Position numbers and translations under genes: made by a program. A stretch of DNA of 32,000 nt, from contig JBAQLI010000086.1 in the NCBI GenBank assembly GCA_049301735.1, positions 45,295 through 77,294 on the forward strand, in the 5' to 3' direction. Source of the DNA: Candidatus Methanoperedens sp. Its GTDB lineage: Archaea; Halobacteriota; Methanosarcinia; Methanosarcinales; Methanoperedenaceae. Below the pieces are notes generated by a model. That model was not told the DNA's origin. It worked only from the letters and a program-made list of their open reading frames with translations, and made no database searches. Positions 8,303-16,066 of this stretch are shown piece after piece (the stretch's first letter is position 1; each line of letters starts with the position of its first letter).

Positions 8303-10266
8303 AAACAATGGAAAATATTAATAGATCTGCCGAATTGATTTTCTTAAAAATAAAGAAACTGCCATTTGTCTTGCTTGGCGACAAGATAAAAGCGAAAAAA
8401 GATCAGTTCCGTGATATGCGGATGGCATTAAGGCAGGCGCGCATCCCTATTTCGTATGAAATGTATTTATCAAACGCAGTATTTTATTCGGTAGTGACAG
8501 GTATTTTTGGAGCTATCCTGGGTTTGATAATTGCATATATTATTGTAGCCATTGTGGGTCTCCCCGACAGGATCACGCATCTGACATTCACTCAGGAAAC
8601 AGCATGGCTGCTGCAATATAAAACAATATCGATATCAATTTTTATCGTTCTATTCATGGGCGGGTTGTTTGGGATGATCACCTATCTGCTGTTTCTTGTG
8701 TATCCGGGTTTCAGGGCCGGAGAACGAAAGGGAGATATTGACAAAAACCTGCCTTATGCTGTTACTTATTTGTATGCGTTAAGCAGGGGAGGGATGAATT
8801 TAATAGAAATATTTCGTTCCTTGAGCAGGTGCGCAAGCACATATGGTGAGGTATCAAAGGAAATAGATGTTATAGTCAGGGATATGGATTATTTTGGAAA
8901 TGACCTGCGAACTGCTCTTCAAAACATTTGTGATTCCACACCATCGTCAAATTTCAGGGATCTTATGCATAATCTTCTGACAGTTATTGACAGCGGCGGA
9001 GATATTCCTACTTATTTCAGGGATAAATCAGAACAGTACCTGGTTAAGGCAAAGGTAGACCAGAAGGGATTCCTCGAAACCCTGGGATTAGTAGCTGAAT
9101 CCTATGTAACAGCTTTTGTTGCAGGACCTTTATTTATGATCATTCTTGGCGTCATGATGTCGGTCATGGGTTCTGGCACCGACATGATGATCTATGCGAT
9201 AATATACGCAGTAATACCCGTAGGTTCGATGATATTTGTGGTAATGGTCAATATTATTACACCAGGAAATACTGGTGAGGCGCCTCTTCTTCCTACCCAG
9301 AGCCATGTTGGTGAAATAATTGTTCCTGAAACTGAAGAAAAGCCGACATATCTTGGATTTATCAAGTCAAGAAATTCCCTGAAATTTAATCAAATGATCC
9401 GTGATCCGCTGAAACCACTGAGGGAAAAGCCGATATATGCTTTGGCTGTGAGTTTTCCAATTACATTTATATATTTAATTATTAACATATATTATGGGAT
9501 GAGATCACCCAACTTTATGGATTATATTGATGATAAAATCGTTTTCTCAATTTATATTCTTATTATCCCGTTGATGTTATTCCATGAGTATAAGAAAAGA
9601 AAGGAAGATAAGATACAGGAACAAATTCCTGATTTCTTAAAAAAACTGGCAAGTACCAATGAGACGGGTATGACTCTTCGCGATTCAATAAAATTGATGA
9701 CGCGTTCTGATATTGGATTGAGTAAAGAGATAAAGAAGATCAATAATGATATCGAATGGGGCCTTCCTGTTAATGAATCGCTCATCCGGTTCGCCAACCG
9801 TTTCAGGACTCATTTCATATCCCGGTCTGTCAATTTATTGACAAAAGCAAATGAATCAAGCGGAGATATTGGTGAAGTATTGAATGTGGCTGCAAGAGAC
9901 GTTGCAGCAGAACAGGAGTTGAAGAATGAACGTAAAACCAATATGTTCATTTATGTTGTAATTATTTATATATCGTTCATGGTTTTCGTAGGTATTATTT
10001 ATATTATTTCTACAACTTTCCTTACCGAGATGGTAAAAGCAGGAGAAAAGATGGCAGTCGGAGGCAGCGGGGCTGTTCCTCTTAGCCTTAACCGTGAGAA
10101 GCTGAATATGTACAATCGTATTTTCTTCCATGGCGCTCTTATCCAGGGATTTTCATCAGGTTTGATTGCAGGTGTCATGGGTGAAGGAAGTGCCCTGTCA
10201 GGCCTGAAGCATTCGGTCATCATGATGACTATTGGTTATCTGCTGTTCATATTATTCGTGCTTTAA
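8299..10266 (+). CDS. FlaJ/PilC/TadB-TadC-like polytopic platform protein (two T2SS-F type domains)
   Basis: 655 aa. ATGA overlap with the ATPase gene. Many hydrophobic helices. Two cytoplasmic T2SS-F-like segments (NLPYAVTYLYALSRGGMNLIEIFRSL... and IPDFLKKLASTNETGMTLRDSIKLM...). Confidence 0.8.
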   Translation: MKTMENINRSAELIFLKIKKLPFVLLGDKIKAKKDQFRDMRMALRQARIPISYEMYLSNAVFYSVVTGIFGAILGLIIAYIIVAIVGLPDRITHLTFTQETAWLLQYKTISISIFIVLFMGGLFGMITYLLFLVYPGFRAGERKGDIDKNLPYAVTYLYALSRGGMNLIEIFRSLSRCASTYGEVSKEIDVIVRDMDYFGNDLRTALQNICDSTPSSNFRDLMHNLLTVIDSGGDIPTYFRDKSEQYLVKAKVDQKGFLETLGLVAESYVTAFVAGPLFMIILGVMMSVMGSGTDMMIYAIIYAVIPVGSMIFVVMVNIITPGNTGEAPLLPTQSHVGEIIVPETEEKPTYLGFIKSRNSLKFNQMIRDPLKPLREKPIYALAVSFPITFIYLIINIYYGMRSPNFMDYIDDKIVFSIYILIIPLMLFHEYKKRKEDKIQEQIPDFLKKLASTNETGMTLRDSIKLMTRSDIGLSKEIKKINNDIEWGLPVNESLIRFANRFRTHFISRSVNLLTKANESSGDIGEVLNVAARDVAAEQELKNERKTNMFIYVVIIYISFMVFVGIIYIISTTFLTEMVKAGEKMAVGGSGAVPLSLNREKLNMYNRIFFHGALIQGFSSGLIAGVMGEGSALSGLKHSVIMMTIGYLLFILFVL

Positions 10267-10288
10267 CTAAAAAAACATATTTAAATTA

Positions 10289-10315
10289 TATTAATATTAT
10301 TAATAGTATTAATAA
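10289..10315. repeat. three tandem 9-mers TATTAATAN, each containing the perfect palindrome TATTAATA
   Basis: tattaatat / tattaatag / tattaataa sit in the 50-nt spacer between the convergent stop codons at 10266 and 10317. Confidence 0.7.
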
Positions 10316-10316
10316 T

Positions 10317-11642
10317 TTACCTCAGTATTTTTAGGCCCAGCATTTCCACAACACGTTTCTTCTTCGCAATGGCCTCTGCCGCAGCCTCGTCTACTGCTGT
10401 TTTCATCACATCAAAATTCTTTGGGGTCTTCTCACCAACCAGCTTCTTTATTGGCGTATATGCAGACTCCCGGAAGCGAGGGGTGAAATCCCGTGATTCA
10501 CCTTCGATTATCAATTCTGCACCTTCCCCATCTACAACTTTTCCGACAATATCAATAGCAACACCTTTTCTTCGCACACATTCCAGGATATCATCAGCAT
10601 AATCGCGCGGCGCTATTATTAAAAGCGCATCAAGCGAAACCCCAAGATAATCTATCTCAAGCTTATCAAGCATCGAAAGCACCTTTTTATTCACAAGCGC
10701 ACGCAATTTCTCTTCTTCAAAAACGAGTTTTACTTGAGCCGTTCTTGCTATTTCCTTTGCATCCCCGCGTACTCCGCCGTTTGTCACATCAGTCATTGCA
10801 TGTATTTTTTCAACCAATCCTGCATCAAAAAGCGCCTCGCAGGCATCTATGAACTTCAGGTTTATGGTCTCGTCCACAAGCTCATGCATCCCGTAATAAA
10901 GCGCAGTCGTAGAAACTGTACCCCCTCCTGCTCCTTCGGTCATGATTATGACATCTGCGGGCTTTGCCTGAATGCGTGCGGTGAGGTTCTCTGCGATTCC
11001 AACCGCGCCAACGCCTCCGGTCATCCGTTCACCGATCACCATGTCCCCTCCTATCCGCAGAGTGCTGCCTGTAATAAGTGGAATGCCTGTCAGGTCTGAA
11101 ACAGTAGTAATCCCGGCGATATGGTCGAAGATTTTTGCCACGTCCCCGTCATCTGCCACATGTATGTCTGAGAGCATCGCCACAGGACGCGCGCCCATTA
11201 CATATACATCACGAAGCGCCGCACGGGCGACATGAAATCCTGCAAGGAAAGGAAAATCCGAAAGGCGTGAATGCATCCCGTCGATCGTAACCACAAGATA
11301 CTGCCCCCCGGCCTGCACAACCCCGGAATCATCAAGATGCGATGAATCCACAACAGCCGAGGTCTTTCCTATCACTTCGGCTATCTTCTCATGAGTATAG
11401 AAATCCCCCATGCCGCGTGAGCCCACGCCAAAATCTCCCATGGTTACACCAGAACATATGGGTTTCAGGATTTCAGATTTCGGGTCAAGGGTAGCTTTGG
11501 CCTCGACGATCACTGCACTTGCGATTTTCTCAGCATGCTTTTGTGAGATATTTTTTATTTCAAGGATCCTTTGTGCAAGCTTCTCTTTTAACGACTTATC
11601 TCCACGCATTAGACCGCGTTTTGCGTATCCTTCAATGTCCAT
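10317..11642 (-). CDS. AIR synthase-related protein (PurM / HypE / ThiL / SelD superfamily)
   Basis: The track ORF starts at TTG 11654. I prefer the ATG at 11642 (MDIEGYAKRG...), giving 441 aa. PurM-superfamily features: VVTIDGMHS...ARAALRDVYVMGARPVAMLSDI and a Gly-rich MTEGAGGGTV. The ATG lies 11 nt inside the end of hisH. Confidence 0.7.
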   Translation of the reverse strand: MDIEGYAKRGLMRGDKSLKEKLAQRILEIKNISQKHAEKIASAVIVEAKATLDPKSEILKPICSGVTMGDFGVGSRGMGDFYTHEKIAEVIGKTSAVVDSSHLDDSGVVQAGGQYLVVTIDGMHSRLSDFPFLAGFHVARAALRDVYVMGARPVAMLSDIHVADDGDVAKIFDHIAGITTVSDLTGIPLITGSTLRIGGDMVIGERMTGGVGAVGIAENLTARIQAKPADVIIMTEGAGGGTVSTTALYYGMHELVDETINLKFIDACEALFDAGLVEKIHAMTDVTNGGVRGDAKEIARTAQVKLVFEEEKLRALVNKKVLSMLDKLEIDYLGVSLDALLIIAPRDYADDILECVRRKGVAIDIVGKVVDGEGAELIIEGESRDFTPRFRESAYTPIKKLVGEKTPKNFDVMKTAVDEAAAEAIAKKKRVVEMLGLKILR

Positions 11643-12243
11643 AATTCTCCACAAAATTACGAAGCATCCGAAGTCCTGTTACACCGCTTTTTTCCGGGTG
11701 GAACTGGGTTCCGATCACATTTCCTGCTTCGCTGGCAATAATAGCCGGAAAGGAAAGCCCATAGTCACACATGGCAACTTCATACTTTTTATCAGTACTC
11801 ACATGGAAGGAATGCACAAAATAAACAAATGAACCATTTTCTATTCCTTTTAACAGGGGGATATCCTTCTTTTTAATAAGAGAATTCCACCCCATGTGCG
11901 GGACTTTTAATTCAGAAGCGGGAAAGCGAGTTACGCGTCCAGGGATTATATCAATGCCTTTATGCAAGCCACCCTCCTCACTTTCCGATGCCAGCATCTG
12001 CATTCCCAGGCAAATCCCAAGAAGCGGTTTTCCCTCATCAACTGCATCTTTTACCACGCGTTCAAGCGTTGAAAAATGCATCATAGCATCACGAAATGCC
12101 CCCACACCGGGAAGTATGAGCGCATCGGCTTTATCTATTACGTGTGCTTCTTTTGATATTTCAACCTCTGCGCCAACGTATTGAAGGGCTTTCTCGATGC
12201 TTCGAAGGTTACCGAGTCCGTAATCGATGATAATGGTTTTCAT
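11632..12243 (-). CDS. hisH: imidazole glycerol phosphate synthase, glutamine amidotransferase subunit
   Basis: 203 aa. Motifs IIDYGLGNLRS, LPGVGAF, GICLGMQML (nucleophile Cys), VPHMGWN, YFVHSF and GTQFHPEKSG. Confidence 0.9.
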   Translation of the reverse strand: MKTIIIDYGLGNLRSIEKALQYVGAEVEISKEAHVIDKADALILPGVGAFRDAMMHFSTLERVVKDAVDEGKPLLGICLGMQMLASESEEGGLHKGIDIIPGRVTRFPASELKVPHMGWNSLIKKKDIPLLKGIENGSFVYFVHSFHVSTDKKYEVAMCDYGLSFPAIIASEAGNVIGTQFHPEKSGVTGLRMLRNFVENYGH

Positions 12244-12381
12244 AGTGTTAAATAGATAATTTGAGTGATTTTTTTATCCTTAAATGGATAAACGCACGGG
12301 GATATCTACATGATTTATCGATGCAGACACGATTTATTCTAATATACCCCTCTGTTTAAAAGTATTGCGTTTAGGGGAGTT

Positions 12382-12693
12382 CTATGGATTTTCAGTAAGT
12401 TCCTTGAGTTGTTCTTTGTTCAGACCAATTCCTGGCTGCGCATCAAGCCGTTTATGCACTTTTCCTTTCCTGAACAAAATCACTGTCGGATAATATTCAA
12501 TTGAATATTCTTCGCAAAGATCAGGCCGGTCATCAACAATAATGCTTATACACTCTGATGGATGGCTTTTTGCGTATTCTTCAAAGATCGGCAAGAATCG
12601 CTGGGAAAATGAGCACCAGGATGCATAGAAGAGAACGATAGTTTTGTCCTTGTGTTTTATTTTGTCATTGAGGTTTTTTTTAGCATTTCTCAT
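12382..12693 (-). CDS. thioredoxin-fold protein with monothiol WCSFS (CxxS) active site
   Basis: 103 aa. IVLFYASWCSFSQRF sits where thioredoxins carry WCGPC. A cis-Pro region YYPTVILFRKG is present. ATGA overlap with the upstream CDGSH gene. Confidence 0.7.
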   Translation of the reverse strand: MRNAKKNLNDKIKHKDKTIVLFYASWCSFSQRFLPIFEEYAKSHPSECISIIVDDRPDLCEEYSIEYYPTVILFRKGKVHKRLDAQPGIGLNKEQLKELTENP

Positions 12694-13385
12694 TTTAATG
12701 ATTCATCGCCGTCATCAAAGCCTTCCTCTATGTGGGAACCGTCGCAAAAGGGCTTGTTTTCGGATTTGCCGCATCGGCACAATGTGACGCGATTGCGAAC
12801 TTCATAAGTCTTGCCATCAGACGATTCGATAGGTATCTCGCCCTTTAGCCATATCGGACCGCTCACCTTGTTCTGGGGATCCTCGATAAGGCTGATTGAC
12901 TTTTCAAACTCTTTTTCTATCACCTTTCCGGTCTTCTTGTCGCACTCAACTAATCTTCCTGAAGGGCAGTTGCAGGCTTCTTCAATAGCTAATTCTCTGG
13001 CCTCTTGGTTATCAGAATGGTGGGTAAGTTCCCATGTTCCCCCACCTATGTGGCAAAATCTTGCAGCAGCACACAACGGAGTTACATCTTTTAGCTTCAA
13101 TGTCGGCCCATCCATAACCTTTGCCTGTTTATCAAATGGCTTTCTGCTTGCGGTTTCCGTACCATCGAAGCCGATTTTTGCATGCATGCCATCGCAAAAA
13201 GGTTTGTTCTTAGATTCACCGCAACGACACAGCGCGCATTGTTCATCAGATATTTTTTTACCTTTAATCCACTTTTCAGGTTCACCATCCTTTCCTATTC
13301 CAATTATCTGCTTGTCGATAGGCAAGCCTCCCAAAACTAGAATCGGTCCGTCTTTAGTGATCATTATCGTGGTTTCTTTCGTCAT
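12690..13385 (-). CDS. CDGSH-type iron-sulfur domain protein (two CDGSH motifs plus a central Cys cluster)
   Basis: 231 aa. Motifs CRCGESKNKPFCDGMH and CRCGKSENKPFCDGSH, plus a central CAAARFCHIGGG...CNCPSGRL. Confidence 0.8.
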   Translation of the reverse strand: MTKETTIMITKDGPILVLGGLPIDKQIIGIGKDGEPEKWIKGKKISDEQCALCRCGESKNKPFCDGMHAKIGFDGTETASRKPFDKQAKVMDGPTLKLKDVTPLCAAARFCHIGGGTWELTHHSDNQEARELAIEEACNCPSGRLVECDKKTGKVIEKEFEKSISLIEDPQNKVSGPIWLKGEIPIESSDGKTYEVRNRVTLCRCGKSENKPFCDGSHIEEGFDDGDESLK

Positions 13386-13432
13386 ATGAAAGAATACGCA
13401 GTGAGAACTACTTATACCTTGACCCCAACGTA

Positions 13433-14578
13433 TTAAATTCTCAACTTCTCAAGCCGCTGCGCCGCTTCCATGAGCGTCTCATCCTTTTTGGAAAAAGTAA
13501 AGCGTAGTTTATGTTTTCCTGCTTCACTCTTGTAGAAACTGCTTCCAGGAACGGCAGCTACACCAATTTCACTTACCATATGTTTTGCAAAAGCCATGTC
13601 ATCCATATTTACGCTTTCGGGGATGTCAGCTAATATGTAATATGCACCTTCGGGCATATTGCACTTGAATCCTGCTTTTATTAAAGCGCTATGGAGGAAC
13701 TTTCGTTTTCCGTCATATACACTTGCAAGCTCCTTATAATAAGAGTCGGGATATCTCAATGCTGTTACGCATGCATGCTGGAGCGGTGCAGGTGCGCCAA
13801 CTGTGAGGAAATCATGCACCTTTCTTATTGCAGATGTCAGGTTCTTTTCCGCAAGGGCATAGCCGATACGCCATCCTGTGACGCTATAGGTTTTTGAGAA
13901 TCCGCTTATTGTTATTGTCCTGTCTTTCATATCATCAAGGGAAGCGATGCTGATATGCTTTCTATCGTCGTACAGGATGTATTCATATATTTCATCAGTA
14001 ACCGCAATGACATCATTGTCAACACAAAGGTCAGCAATCATTTTCAGCTCGCCTTTTGTGAAAACCTTTCCGCAGGGATTGTTGGGCGTATTGAGGATTA
14101 TAACACGCGTTTTTCTATTGAATGCAGATTTAAGGGCATCTTCATCGATGCTGTTATCATCATTAAGGGGAACAAATCTTGGAACAGCCCCCGAAACAGC
14201 GGCATCCGGCCCATAGTTCTCGTAAAATGGCTCAAATATTATAGCTTCGTCACCTTCATTTATCAAGGCAAGCATGGATGCCATCATCGCTTCGGTCGAG
14301 CCGCAAGTCATGGTGATCTCACTTTCAGGATCCGATTCGATATGATTATATTCCCGTGCTTTTCGTGATATCTCATCCCTCAGGTCTTTTGCACCCCAGG
14401 TGATAGAATACTGGTTATAATCTTCCATGATCGCAGCGGCTGCTGCTTGCTTTAGCGTAAGCGGTGCAGGAAAGTCAGGAAACCCTTGCGCAAGATTAAT
14501 TGCATTATGTTTTAATGAAAGGCGTGTCATATCTCGAATGACCGACTCTACAAAATAACCTGTTCTACGGGCTAACAT
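13433..14578 (-). CDS. class I/II PLP-dependent aminotransferase (YbdL / kynurenine-aminotransferase-like)
   Basis: 381 aa. Motifs INLAQGFPDFP, LNTPNNPCG, SGFSKTYSVTGWRIGY (PLP lysine) and KLRFTFSKKDETL. Confidence 0.85.
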   Translation of the reverse strand: MLARRTGYFVESVIRDMTRLSLKHNAINLAQGFPDFPAPLTLKQAAAAAIMEDYNQYSITWGAKDLRDEISRKAREYNHIESDPESEITMTCGSTEAMMASMLALINEGDEAIIFEPFYENYGPDAAVSGAVPRFVPLNDDNSIDEDALKSAFNRKTRVIILNTPNNPCGKVFTKGELKMIADLCVDNDVIAVTDEIYEYILYDDRKHISIASLDDMKDRTITISGFSKTYSVTGWRIGYALAEKNLTSAIRKVHDFLTVGAPAPLQHACVTALRYPDSYYKELASVYDGKRKFLHSALIKAGFKCNMPEGAYYILADIPESVNMDDMAFAKHMVSEIGVAAVPGSSFYKSEAGKHKLRFTFSKKDETLMEAAQRLEKLRI

Positions 14579-14725
14579 AAATCTCTTAAAAAGACTTTGG
14601 TGTATATCTAACTTTCATTTTGGTCAAATATTCGAAAACTGTTATAAAAGTAAACCCTATCAAATTTGAGTCAAACCGTTATGTTTATATTTCACGTATT
14701 CAATGGTAGGCAAAAGGTGACATAA

Positions 14726-14899
14726 ATGGCAGCAAAAGTAAATAATGAAGAATGTACCGGTTGTGGTATATGTGTTGATGAATGCCCTGCAACGGCGATA
14801 GAATTGAAAAATGATAAGGCAAAAGTAGACCCGGAAGAGTGCACTGAGTGTGGCACCTGTGTTGATGCCTGCCCGAATAGTGCTATTTCAATGGAATGA
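14726..14899 (+). CDS. 2x[4Fe-4S] ferredoxin (57 aa)
   Basis: Below the ORF-track cutoff. My translation is [57 protein letters not shown], with two perfect CxxCxxCxxxCP motifs. AGGTGA ribosome-binding site at 14715-14720. Confidence 0.8.
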   Translation: MAAKVNNEECTGCGICVDECPATAIELKNDKAKVDPEECTECGTCVDACPNSAISME

Positions 14900-14900
14900 T

Positions 14901-15929
14901 ATGCAAAAAATAAAAGCAGGGGTTTTAGGAGCAACAGGCAATGTAGGCCAGCGATTTATAGAGCTGTTGAGCAAACATCCATGGTTTGAATTAACATCTC
15001 TGGCAGCTTCCGACAAAAGCGCCGGAAAAAAATATGGTGATGCCGCTAGCTGGAGGCTTGAAAGCAAAATTCCCGAAAACGTCGGCGATATGACTGTTGT
15101 GCCTGTTGATCCGAAGAAGGTTGATGCAGATATTGTTTTTTCTGCTCTTCCCACCGACCTTGCCAAAACTGTTGAACCTGAATTTGCAAAAGCGGGTTTT
15201 GTTGTTGCAAGTAATGCAAGCGCTTTACGTATGGTGAAAGACATTCCTCTTGTCATTCCGGAAGTTAATCCGGAACATCTTGGCCTGATAGATGTTCAGC
15301 AGGATAAGCGCAAATGGGACGGATATGTTGTCACAAATCCTAATTGTACGACTATAATGATGGCCGTTACGCTGAAGCCGCTTGCGAAATTCAATATTGA
15401 AAAAATATATCTTGCATCCATGCAGGCGATATCGGGCGCAGGTTATGATGGGGTTCCATCAATGGCAATCCTTGATAATGTTATTCCTTATATCGGCCAG
15501 GAAGAGGAAAAGGTCGAAAGTGAGACAAAGAAACTCCTGGGGGAATTTAACGGCAGTGAGATAATTGATGCACCATTCAAGGTAAGCGCAAGCTGTAACC
15601 GTGTTATGGTCATGGATGGCCATACTGAGGCTGTATGGGTGGAAATGGCAGATGATCCTTCAATTGATGAAGTTAAACAGGCTTTTCTGGATTTTGATCC
15701 CGGATTATCCGAATTGCCAACAGAACCTACACCAGTGATCGAAGTAAAGGAAGAAAAAGACAGGCCACAGCCGCGCATGGACCGGAATATCGGAGGAGGC
15801 ATGACTGTTTCAGTGGGACGAATACGACCAGGCATACGATACATCTGTATGGGCCATAATACCATAAGAGGCGCAGCAGGTGCCAGTGTCTTGAATGCTG
15901 AGCTTCTCAGGAAGAAAGGGAAACTTTAA
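14901..15929 (+). CDS. asd: aspartate-semialdehyde dehydrogenase
   Basis: I trimmed the start from the track (14850) to the ATG at 14901. This gives MQKIKAGVLGATGNVGQRF (Rossmann GxxGxxG at the N-terminus), 1 nt after the ferredoxin stop. Also NPNCTTI (active-site Cys) and GHNTIRGAAGASVLNAELL. Confidence 0.9.
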   Translation: MQKIKAGVLGATGNVGQRFIELLSKHPWFELTSLAASDKSAGKKYGDAASWRLESKIPENVGDMTVVPVDPKKVDADIVFSALPTDLAKTVEPEFAKAGFVVASNASALRMVKDIPLVIPEVNPEHLGLIDVQQDKRKWDGYVVTNPNCTTIMMAVTLKPLAKFNIEKIYLASMQAISGAGYDGVPSMAILDNVIPYIGQEEEKVESETKKLLGEFNGSEIIDAPFKVSASCNRVMVMDGHTEAVWVEMADDPSIDEVKQAFLDFDPGLSELPTEPTPVIEVKEEKDRPQPRMDRNIGGGMTVSVGRIRPGIRYICMGHNTIRGAAGASVLNAELLRKKGKL

Positions 15930-16015
15930 AAATTTATTGGATTTGGTAGGAAGTTAAAACCAAAAGATATAAATAACGAAATAACGGGTTAGTTGAAATT
16001 AGAAAAAACGATAGA

Positions 16016-16040
16016 TTTAAAACGGTATAAAGGTATAAAT
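16016..16040 (+). promoter_or_regulatory. candidate BRE/TATA promoter of MHC operon 1 (TTTAAAACGGTATAAAGGTATAAAT; tandem GGTATAAA duplication)
   Basis: The AAAACGGTATAAA core lies 36-48 nt upstream of the ATG at 16067. The same core recurs upstream of the other two cytochrome operons. Confidence 0.4.
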
Positions 16041-16066
16041 TAAAAAATAATTGTAAAACGGAAGGT

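Noticed and set aside
12811-13389. 192-aa plus-strand ORF
   Set aside because: It is antisense to the CDGSH protein gene, whose two CDGSH motifs are diagnostic.
14692-14934. 80-aa minus-strand ORF, and the track's N-terminally extended asd start at 14850
   Set aside because: The plus strand here encodes a perfect 2xCxxCxxCxxxCP ferredoxin with its own ribosome-binding site. The asd Rossmann motif begins right after the ATG at 14901, so the extension [17 protein letters not shown] is read-through of the ferredoxin region in another frame.
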